Below are positions 53,501-64,000 of a stretch of DNA of 64,000 nt, in pieces. The notes under the pieces are model-generated. The model was not told the DNA's origin. It made no database searches and saw only the letters and a program-made list of their open reading frames with translations. Position 1 is the stretch's first letter. Each line of letters starts with the position of its first letter. This DNA comes from Selaginella moellendorffii (taxonomy: Eukaryota > Plantae > Lycopodiophyta), in contig NW_003314381.1 of the NCBI RefSeq assembly GCF_000143415.4, positions 226,699 to 290,698 of the forward strand, given 5' to 3'. A program made the position numbers and the translations under genes.

Positions 53501-55849
53501 CAACTTATCCCCTGTAAGGGTATATCCAACTTCCCTATGCCATTAAGAAGGCTTGGGTAGCTACCTTCTACCCGTTTAACCAATTATCTTGCACCTCTCA
53601 CTTAGTTGCTTCATAGTTGTCAAGTCCTACAACTCATTGCTAGTGCTTCCACACTTCCATCATTATCTGGGTCACCACACTCCAACTGCATGCTCTGCAG
53701 CTTAGGCTATGCCATTCCCATTTCCATTGGGATTCCTTTGGCAAGGAGTTCTCATGAACCCACCAACATAGCCTCAAGGTATCACACCTTGGCACATTTG
53801 GTGTCTCCACACCATCAGCTCCACGAGCCTACCTCTATGACACTTCTTCTTTGTGTCTAAGTCTTTGCCAAGATGAATACCATTCTTTCTCATGCCAACC
53901 ATCCGTTAGAACTGCACTATAGAGGTCACACACAACTTTGTGTCAAAGTTGTTTTCTTTTGGGAGCACCTTTCCCACGACTTTAGCATGGCACATTTTGC
54001 CATCGATGAGATATCCTCTGTTCTCATCCTTGGATCCTATGATCCCCCCTATCCTTCGTGGAGTACCACACACCTCAGTCCAAATGCTTCCATCAGTCCT
54101 TTAGGACCATTCCTTGACTCTACTTGAGTCATCCAACAGTTTTGAACTTAGTTAATCCATAGACCCGTAAGGTCCTATTTATGGGGCACTAGCTCACTGG
54201 AATACACTTCTTGCATTCATGTCTTACTCACAAGGACCATTTTCACAAGTGTTACTCTGGCACTTGATTTTGTTCTCTGGGGCAACCTTTGCCCCTTAGG
54301 ACTATTTGTCCATGTGATGAGAATACCAACTCATCTCTAAGTACACCCCTCAATTCCTTGGGTTGTTCCAGCATCTATTAGAAGTAGCCCCGGCTACCAT
54401 TTCAAGGACTTGGGTCCTCCTCCGTATTTGACCTCCCACGGTCATTACTTCTGGTCTCATATTCATGAGCACCAACCTCAATTATGTGAGGATAATCTTG
54501 TGACTCCTTTATTGTTTTGGAGTCTTTATCTTTCCCGTGATCCCAACTATAGTTGTTTACCACAACTACATTGGCCAGTTTGCTAAGTCAAACGCTCATT
54601 TGGATCACATCCTCAACTTTCTGAGGAAAACCACATACTATTCCCAAGATCCCAAAGTCGTTCCATTACTGGCCCCTTTTCTATTCACCACATCGCGCCC
54701 AAGTTCATGCATGAACTCAAGTGGAGAGCCATGTCCTCTCGACGTGCTACTCCTCAAGGATAGGCCCACTCCTAAGACCTTCCGATGCCAATATCAATGG
54801 TGATATACTTGAGCACCAATAAAAGTCGGACTAAGGAACAGCTCTGATACCAAGTTGTAAGCGACTAATTTTTCCATTCTACTTTAGTCACTTAACCACA
54901 CCTCCGACCACTGGAGGAGTCTCATTCACAACCTCCATAAGTCCAATTAAGGACTTGGGACTTGCTAGCCCCAACAATGGCATCCATGCCACTCAACCCT
55001 TGCATCTGGTCCAAGTGCTCCACGTGTCCGATCCCATGATCGACACTCAAACGTACCACTGACATAGCAGCCTGTTACGCTAAGGCCATGCCCAATCACC
55101 TTTGCCACATCGGTAGTCCAATACCACTTGCAACACAGTCTTGTCTCTCCAAGACTGGGCCAACCATCCATGAGGGGTCATCCCAGATCCACTCCTTAGC
55201 ATCCTTAGGATGCCCACCGACAAGGGGAATAGCCTTCCCCAATATCCCTTTTTTGGTCCCCACCAAGTCCCTTTCTGCCCATGGCCGTGTTCACCAACAC
55301 TACCACTGAATCGAAGCCCACCGGCCCGACCACTAAGTCCCACTGTCCTCTGGGACTTCCTCACCACACGACTGTGTCCTTGGTCACTACCCCAGAGGAC
55401 TGCTCCTCTTCCTTTCCACAGTCTGGGCCTTTGGGACAACATTTCGGAACACCGTGGCCTTACGCGAGCCACCTGGGTACTCTCCCCGCCTTTCGCCTTT
55501 AGGTGCTCTAGCCATGGGCTTAGAGTGAGGTTCCGTTGAGCCACACCTGGTATCCAAGTAGGTAGTGCCACCCACACTTGGACTGGGAGCATCGGCCAGT
55601 CAATCTCCCGGGGGAACTAGAGCCGGCTCTTGAATACTTTACCAAGCTACCCTGCTTGTTGGTCCGTATTCACTCTAGTCTTGGACTTCCCAGTGGTCAG
55701 TTCATCACCCAGGTCTGGCCTTCCTAGGCCAAACTGGCCTTTCCTGGCCAAACTGGCTCCACTGCAGTCCTCCCCTTTACTATACTTTTGGAGCTCACCA
55801 AACCCCCCAGGGTCTGGGAGACGAACGCTTTGGGCTTTCACCCTCTCAG

Positions 55850-56410
55850 ACTCTAACTCGGACTTGGACTCGGACTCGGACTCGGACTTGGACTCGGACT
55901 CGGGCTTGGTCTCGGCCTCTGCCTCGGTCTCGGTCTCGGTCCCGATCTCGGTCTCGGTCCCGATCTCGGTCTCGGTCCCGGTCTTGGTCCCGGTCTCGGT
56001 CTCAACCTTGGACTCCATCTCAGGTCCTTCTCGGACTCCATCTCAGGTCCTTCTTGGACTCCATCTCGGATTCCATCTCGGGTCCATCTCAGACTCCATC
56101 TCGGACTCCATCTCGGTCCATCTCGGACTCCATCTCGGACTCTGTCTCGGTCCATCTCGGACTCCATCTCGGACTCCGTCTCAGTCCATCTCGGACTCCA
56201 TCTCGGACTCCGTCTTGGTCCATCTCGGACTCCATCTTGGACTCCACTTCGGACTCCATCTCGGACTCCATCTTGGACTCTATCTCAGACTCCACCTCGG
56301 ACTCCACCTCGGACTCCGTCTCGGACTCCACCTCGGACTCCATCTCGGACTCTATCTTGGTCCATCTCGGACTCCAACTCGGGTCCATCTCGGACTCCAC
56401 CTCGGACACT
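55850..56410. repeat. GGACTC/GGTCTC/CCATCT hexamer-based minisatellite in LTR
   Basis: Directly visible; the array differs from the left-LTR copy. Confidence 0.95.
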
Positions 56411-58639
56411 TCCACGTGTCATGTGTTGGTCCTTTTGGGTCCCTTTTTGGAGCCTCGCTTATTGCTCGCTTCATGCTTGTTCCTTGAGCACTTTGTTAGG
56501 AGTTCCACTCCCGCTCTCGACCTTTCAAGTCGGAGCAAACGTGTTACGCTCGTTTGGCTTCGGCCACTACCACTACCAAAAGCAAAACACATATAATAGT
56601 GCATTTGTTCCAATGCATTGCAACACTCATAGCAAAACTCCACTTATATGCACACATTGTCTTACTTCCATTGTTATAGAATGGTAAAAGCTTATTTATA
56701 GCCACTTCCTAGAGTGTGGCTCATCAAAAAACACCTACCACACCATACTTGTGACAACAATTTTGACTGCCTCTAGATAGCAATCCTTGCTAATGTTAAG
56801 GAAGGGCATTGTTGTTTTTTAGTGTGTACTCAATTGTTTTATCTCACTTTGCTGTATTTATGATTTTATTTGCCTTTCATAAGACATCCAATATATTCCA
56901 GAGCTCATGCATGTATGACTCCAAGTCTTTTTAAAACCTCCCCCAATCATCTAGACTTGGAACCTTGCCAACTACTATAACAAAAGTTGAAATCATGAAT
57001 GCTTTGGAAACTTGTATATTGCACTTGAATACAAGAAACAATAGCCACCCAATAAACATATCTTGCAAGCAAATAAATATTATAAAATCATCATGCAAAT
57101 GAGCCAAATATTTTTTTACCATATCCTTATCTCTTTGGTCTTAACTATGGTAGTTTCTTGGGATGCTAGTAGGAATCTATAGTCTCACTTCACTCACTCA
57201 CTCAACTCAAACACACCTAAGCACTAGGTTCATCTCTCTGGAATTTTCATTGATTGAAATAGGGGTATATTTAGGCATCAATCAACTTAACGTCAGCTGG
57301 GCTCAAGAGTTCTTCCAGGATTTCTCCCATCAATCAATACCACACTTGACCGCAAGTGGGGCAGTGAGTCACTACAGTCTGCTTTGACTAAATGCTCAGT
57401 CTCTCTATTGCCCAACACACTCTCAAATTGCGGGTGACACAATTTGCATACAAATCACGTCGAGGGTGTTGCAAATGTGACTTCGGGTATCGAAAGTTAC
57501 CTGTCGGCTAGTCCTTTTAGATATTCTTTCCTTACTGCCAGGATGGCAGAAGGTCGGTATTGTTGGGCCCATTATCAATTCCCACTTGGGCTAGTTGAGA
57601 AACTGGTCAATGACCGTGTACTTAAATCGGATAAACATAAGGTAGGAACCCTATGTGTTTCTTGCTGAGCATACTCAGCCTGGTTTGATAAACTCTTATC
57701 ATTGTCTTGCACTTGCTAGTATCAAAAACCCCCGCATATTGAGACTAGTCCCTCAATACCGCTGAATGATAGCTTACTGTATCTGCCAAACACCCTCCCT
57801 ATCATGCCCTTTGTGTTGGTTTCGTTTCAATTCTAAATGCTATTTATGGAAAGTGTCTAGATTTGCTTATTTGACATATCTATGGAATGTAGGGATTAGC
57901 TTGAACACAATGGTGTTTGTCCCATGTCCAAATTCGCAATCTAGTGCCATTCCATATTTAGTAGGTTTCGAGCTTGTCCCAAAGACTAACTCATGATACT
58001 AAGGGAGACTTGGGGTGAAAGCCCAAAGTATATGTTCCTTAGGGGGGGATATAGGGGGTTCCAAATGTATAGTAGGGATAGTAGGTAGGTCAGGCATGGC
58101 TAACCAACTTGAGGATGCTAGACTATGCCTCAAGTTGGTTAGCCTGAGGCATAGTCTAGCGTCCGGACTCCAACTAGGGTCCGTCTCGGACTCCATTTCG
58201 GACACTTCCACGTGTCATGTATTGGTCCTTTTTGGGTCCCTTTTTAGAGCCTTGCTTATTGCTCGCTTCGTGTTCGCTCCTTGAGCACTTTGTTGGGAGT
58301 TCCACTCCCGCTCTCGACCTTCCAAGTCAGAGGTTTTAGTCCAAACGTGTTACACTCGTTTGGCTTTCACTTCGGCCACTACCACGTGGCACCCTTTCTA
58401 GCTCCACTTTGGGGCCTAGGGATTTTGTGTCTCACACCTACACTTGGTCGACCCAGTTAAACCATGCTAATTAGCTTACTTTTGGCGTGCCTTTGGGTCC
58501 CAACATATGACTTTACTCAATTTCTCAAATAAATTCTTTAATTGAATTTTGCATAAGTATATAGAGTTGTACTTTGTAAGAATTCTTCCACTAGATCTCA
58601 TGCGTTTGCTAAATTCTCTTTCAGTTCCCATGTTGCTTC

Positions 58640-61600
58640 GTAGTGTGGAAATCCTTTCCACTTTATATGGAACTCCCTTACCTCCCGTCCTTGTCGCTTA
58701 CTCTTGCATATATTAAGGATGGCCTAGAGTTCGTATTCCTTTTCCCCTTGGATCACCTTAGATAAAGGTCTTACTTGGTCCTTGTGAAGTAGATTCTCAA
58801 AATACGGCTTGAGTAAGTTCACATGGAACATAGGATGCATCTTCTCCATCTCTTGAGAAAGTCGAAGGTTACCACTTTACCAATTCGAGCCTCAATCTCA
58901 TAAGGCCCCACAAACTTGCTTAAGAAGCTCAAGATCAATTCATTTTTAGGAATACATGCATTTTACCTTTGGGTCAACTTCTGGCTGATCCCACGTGGTA
59001 ACCTTAGGTTCTTGGTGTTCAACCACACCTTATCCCCAGGTTGAAACTCTACATCCCAGCATGTCTAGTTTGTTTATTTAGTTTGCATTTGTTGAGCTTG
59101 TTCCAAAGAATCCCTCACTAGATTCCAAATATTGAATCTTTTTGTTGTGCCATGATATTTGGCTATGGCGATTTCCCCAGGACCTTCAATAACTCGCCCA
59201 TTAATGACGTCCCATAGACTCACCTCGATACTCGAATGTGATGAGTTGTTGTAGCACATTTTTGCAAGTCCTACATGACTTACCCAAACAGTCTTGTCTC
59301 CGAAGACATAGTATCATAAATGATCCTTCAGCTGCTTATTCACCCTTTTTGTTTGTCCATTTGTCAAGAAGTGTTTGTGCCATCAATTTGACTTAATACC
59401 CAATACTTGTCTGTGTGTTATAGGCTATGCTGAACTTCAACTTGGTGCAATACTGTTCCAAGAGAGTTCTCTAAAATCTACTAGTGAAGATCTTGTCTTA
59501 ATCTAAGATAATTTCTTCTAGCCTTCCCCATACTTAAACCATTTGTTTGAAGAATAGTTTTGCCACACCTTCCGCATCCACTTCCATTGTGGTGGGTATT
59601 CAAAAACCAATCCACCACCACAAATATTACATTAAACCCCTCACTTGGGAGGAGTCTCGTGATGAAGTCTATCGTAAGACATTTCTATGGATGATTTAGA
59701 ATTAGGAGGCTTTATAACAAGCCTCCACTAGCCTTATGACATATTGATATGTTGGACATTTTTTCATATAGTCTTGGATGTTCTTATCCATGTCTGGCTA
59801 GTGATACTTCCTCTTGAGTAAGCCTATCATCTTAGGCACTCCACTATGTCCTGCAAAAAGTCCATTATGACACTCTTCTAAAGCCACCTTCCTTATACCC
59901 TTGTCTGTTTATAATAGATGAGTCTATTACATTCCACATAGCCTATCTTCTCTTTCGTAGGTAGCTCCCCTCTTTGGTGACCATCCCATGGTTTCTGGTT
60001 CCTTAGCAACACTTTTTGTGCTAGACTATCGTTCTCATACGCTATCTGCATATCATTCCAAAAGGTTGCTGTCGCATTGAATATCACCAACTTTAAACTT
60101 TCTTTTCGACTTAGAGCATTTGCCATGATGTTGTTCTTCCTAGGTTTATACAGAATCTAGCAATCAAACTTGGCCAAAGCATTAGCTCACCGTCTCTATT
60201 TCCCTTTTAGGTCTGGCTGTGACAAGAAGTGTTTTGTTGCCACATTATCTGTGTAAACTTTGAAGTGTCTCCCAAGGTAGTGTCACCACTCCTTAAGCAT
60301 CTTGACCACCGCAAATAGTTCCTTCTCGTGGGCAAGCCACTTTCGTTGAGCCTTGTTCAACTTCTTCGAAAAGAATGCTATTAAATGGTTGTTTTGCTTC
60401 AAAACTACACCCAACACAAAGTTTCAAGCATTTGTTTTTACCTCAAAGTCTTTACTAAAGTTTAGTAATGCTAACATGGGAGCCTTCCTCAACTTTCCTT
60501 TGAGATGGACAAATATCACCTCACATTCCACTATCTATACCATCTTTCCTTTTCTCATTTGGTCTGTTAAAGGCAAGGTTACTCTTGAATAGTGTTTAAT
60601 AAATTTTCAATAGTAGTTGCATAGCCCCAAAAATGCCCTTAAATCATGTAAATTCAATAGTCATTCTCATTCCTAGATCGCTTGGATCTTTTCAGAGTCC
60701 ATCTTGAGCCCATCCTTGCCCACCACATGCTTGAAAAACTTTACCTCTTGTTAAGCAAAGTCATATTTGCTATCTTTAGTATATAGCTGGTGTTCTTTTA
60801 ATTTTTTAAACACCTTCATCAAGTGTTCAACAAACTCCTCTAGTGTCTTGCTATAGATCAAGATGTTATCAATGTAGATGACCACAAAATGATCTAGATA
60901 GGGTACAAAAATGTGGTTTATTAGCATTGAGAATGTCACTAATGCATTGCACAGCCCAAAGGGCATCAATAGAAACTTAAACCTTCCATACTTTGCTTAA
61001 TAAGTTGTTTTCTCAACATCTTCCTTTGCTACCCAAATCTGGTAGTATCTTGATTTTAGGTCAATCCTCAAAAAATATTTCACCTTTCCCAACCTATTGA
61101 ATAGGTTCTCAATCCTTCGTAAAGGGTATATGTTATTTTTTGTATACTTGTTGAGCAATTGAGCAACTAATAGTCTATGCACATGTGTATAGAGCCATCT
61201 TTCTTTTCATAAATAACACTAATGCCCTATATGGAAATTTGCTCAACCTAACATACCCTTTTTCCACTAACTTCTTAAGTTGGCACTTGAGCTCCTCAAG
61301 TTCTTTTTTGTTCAACTGATAGGGGGGATGAACCTTTGCTTTAGCACCCTCAACCAGCTCAATTTTATGTTCTATCGGTCATGCAAGGGGTAACCTCGCC
61401 AATAACTCTTTTGACATAGTATCTCAAAATTGGTTTAACACCTATTAGATCACTAAAGGTATTTCTTCTGTTCCCACCTTTTTGTTACTCCTCACTGAGA
61501 GTAAGCACAAAAATGTTGCCTTGGTTCCTTTAGTGAGTTATCCTTTTGTGGACACCAGGTTCATTTTGCCTTACCTTTAGATCTTGAGCCTCCACCCTAG

Positions 61601-63203
61601 ATTGTTCTTCTCGAGCATTTACTAGTACCATAAGGTTCCTACTTTGTCCATGCAGAGATACCATAAACCGATTGAATCAATCCATCATGAAGATCACGTC
61701 AAATTCTACCATGTCTAATACGGTGAAATCTATGTCTACTTTCCATGTCCTTACTTCGACTCTTACTTGTCGAAGTACCTCATTCATGGTTTGGCTACCA
61801 AAAACAAAACTCTATAGTCCTTAGTTCACCTAGCTGCTACATCATTAATCCGGCTTGTCGGACTATGTCTGCAACCATAAAATTATCTGAAGCACCTATG
61901 TCAATAAATATCTTAATAAAGCTACTTTTGAGTTTATCTCGGAGGGCTAGTAAATGTCTCAAATGACTCTCTACCAAAGTTGCTCGTGTAATGAGTAATT
62001 TTGAGCTAGGGACTGAATCACATACCTTAGTTTAGATTTCATTTGACTTAATGGCCATATTGACTATGGCCTTCTTCAGGTAAGGACATTCCCTAAAAAA
62101 GTATCCTGCTTCACTGCAGTTAAAGTATATATTGTTTCCCACGCTACTAACAGACTTAACCTTTTTATCAGTGGGTTTGTCCCTTTTCGCTTGACTCCCC
62201 CATGTACTTGTTTATTGGCCATTGGATCTACTTTTCCAAAACTCTGAGGACTCATTCTTAGAGAAACTCTTCTTGAATTTCCCTTTGCCATATACCCCCC
62301 TTGGTTTGGCCCCTTTGCTAAACGAGGACCCTAACCATGTTGTGTTCCCCTTTTGCAAGTTATTATTGAAATGCACCTTAATAGTTATATTTAATGCTTC
62401 CTTATAGTTGGTCGGGTTCCAACACATCACCTCATTTTGAGCCCAAGTCTGTAAGCCTGATATGAAGGCATATCCATGACAAGGATCCTCTTCACCATGA
62501 ATACATTCACATATTCTTGAATGGTTCTCGCCTACTTTCGCCTGCTTAGCTTATCCCTTAGGTGCAAAGTAGCATTTGGCAGAACATAAGTTGCACAAAT
62601 CTTTGCCTTCACCATTTCCAAAGTGACCATTGATCTTTTGTTGGCCTTTATTGTTCTCCACCAAGACTTTGCATTATTTGTCAAGTATGGTTTTGCATAT
62701 GGGACGTTCTCCAAGCTTGGTAACTGCAATTCTCGGAAATAGTCTTTCATATTGTAAAATCAATCCTCCACCACCTTATACTCGTTCACTCCCTTGAAGA
62801 TCAATGGGGGCTTTAGTTTGTATTTGGGAATTGACTAGGGGACTAATTCCACTTTGGTTTGTTCGACTTTGTTTGGTTCCACCTTAGTCCCCACCAAAGG
62901 GTCCACACCTTCTGCACTATTAACCTTTACAATCTTTTGCTTTTTCTTTCGCTTTTTGTCACACTTTAGCTTGTGGATGAGGGTCTCCAGCAAAGTATTG
63001 GTCTATATCAATTATCCTTCTAGAATGTCCAATCAAGCCTTGGATGACTGAACCTCTCCACCAAACTCTTGTTTGGAAGATTCCTCACTACAGTCTTCCT
63101 TGTGCAAGGATTCCTCATCTATAGCTTCTTGTTTGACTAGAGGTTCTAGTTCTGGAAGAGGTTCCATCTTCGCCTTGGTTCTCTTATAGCCTACCTTAGC
63201 CAT
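58640..63203 (-). pseudogene. Decayed gag-pol of outer gypsy element (gag, PR, RT, RNase H, IN, chromodomain)
   Basis: AKSWW (gag), YPLRRIENLF..IDLKSRYYQI, MPFGLCNAL..VVIYIDNILIYSK (YxDD mutated), ANALSRK, VGPYEI, IHPMFHVNLLKPY; many stops. Confidence 0.9.
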
Positions 63204-64000
63204 CTTTCAGCAATCTGCCTCTATCCTTTGCTAGAACTAAGGAAAAGGCTCTAATACCAAATTATAAGCCATAAATTTTCCTTTCCAATTTGCTTGTTTA
63301 GTTTGTTTATCTGACCACCACGGCCTTGGCTTTTGTTAAATTCCCTCACCAAAGTTCCTGCCTATTGTACCAAGTTTTACTTGGTCCTACTTAATTTCAG
63401 CAACTCACTACATGAGCAACAAAACGTTAGCCATCCATCCACAAATTCCTGAATTCTCTCCCAATCCCTCTCCCCAGATTAGATTAGACTTAAGGTTTGG
63501 CTACACTCTCCACAAGCATAAGCAGCCAAGCACACCAATCCTTCAGGTTCCTAACATCCCTTGGTACAACAAGACTTAATCATAAAACCCTTTAAATCCC
63601 AAGCGTTAGATGCAACACTTGCTCCGAGACACTGGGAGGAAACACTATGGCCTAATGGCCTGGTATAGGTACCCCTACTCTCCTGAAGGGAAAGCCCAAG
63701 CCTTTAGGAAGGGTGAGGACCAATGAGCCTCAAGGTACTCAAGTGGGGCACCACTCCACATGAGCTGAGAGCACCATAGTTGGTTTCCCTTATGGGAGTG
63801 GGAGTTGCTCTTGAGCACTTTCTTAGGTTGCCCCTCTGACACCACCCAAGTCCATGCTCACTCCCACCCAAGGCCCCTAAGTCCCAGTCTCAACCTCAAG
63901 TCAGATTGGAAGCACCACTAGAGAGTTCCTTCAAAACTAGTTCCTAGACCTCACTATCCCTACTTATATTTTTGGAACCCCCTGCAGCCCCCCCCCCCCC

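Larger units (their letters stand above)
48954..58436 (-). mobile_element. Nested Ty3/gypsy element (LTRs 48954-50784 and 54856-~56573 plus terminal piece 58162-58436), non-autonomous, TSD CCTAC
   Basis: TG...CA ends; cctac at 48949-48953 and 58437-58441; PBS gctctgatacca 54841-54852; PPT at 50785. The ~4-kb internal region has only decayed protease/RNase H/integrase remnants. Confidence 0.92.
47321..64000 (-). mobile_element. Outer Ty3/gypsy chromovirus-like LTR retrotransposon (3' LTR 47321-48648; 5' LTR from 63263, cut by window edge)
   Basis: Homologous LTR starts at 47321 and 63263; left LTR is TG...CA. PPT actccaccacccat at 48649; Met-type PBS gctctaatacca at ~63248; decayed gag-pol. 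Confidence 0.88.

Noticed and set aside
49960-56410. CRISPR-like regular repeats
   Set aside because: No unique spacers; eukaryotic LTR tandem repeats.

Overview
This is eukaryotic plant genomic DNA. GC-rich compact genes, ~50-60 bp introns and short-motif PPR genes suggest a lycophyte such as Selaginella (inference only). The left half is gene-dense: a PLS-PPR gene running off the left edge, RETICULATA-RELATED, truncated haemoglobin GLB3, a UDP-glycosyltransferase plus a decayed copy, two tandem Zn alcohol dehydrogenases, an S-motif PPR and GPAT9. Two unexplained three-copy families are interleaved. (i) A very AT-rich intronless ORF encodes signal peptide + unknown ~190-aa domain + bulb-type mannose lectin; two of its copies sit beside a thioredoxin-f fragment. 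(ii) A ~260-320-aa protein follows the motif layout of a fungal-type PD-(D/E)xK restriction-endonuclease-fold family but has altered catalytic positions. The 31.5-42.7 kb interval is a mosaic of individually inverted, deletion-riddled copies of genes from the left half. The right third is retroelement DNA: a ~380-bp TRIM and a Ty3/gypsy element containing a nested related element (TSD CCTAC) with minisatellite-bearing LTRs and a rearranged right LTR. There are three 100-N assembly gaps. All homology calls are from motif recognition by eye; no searches were run.
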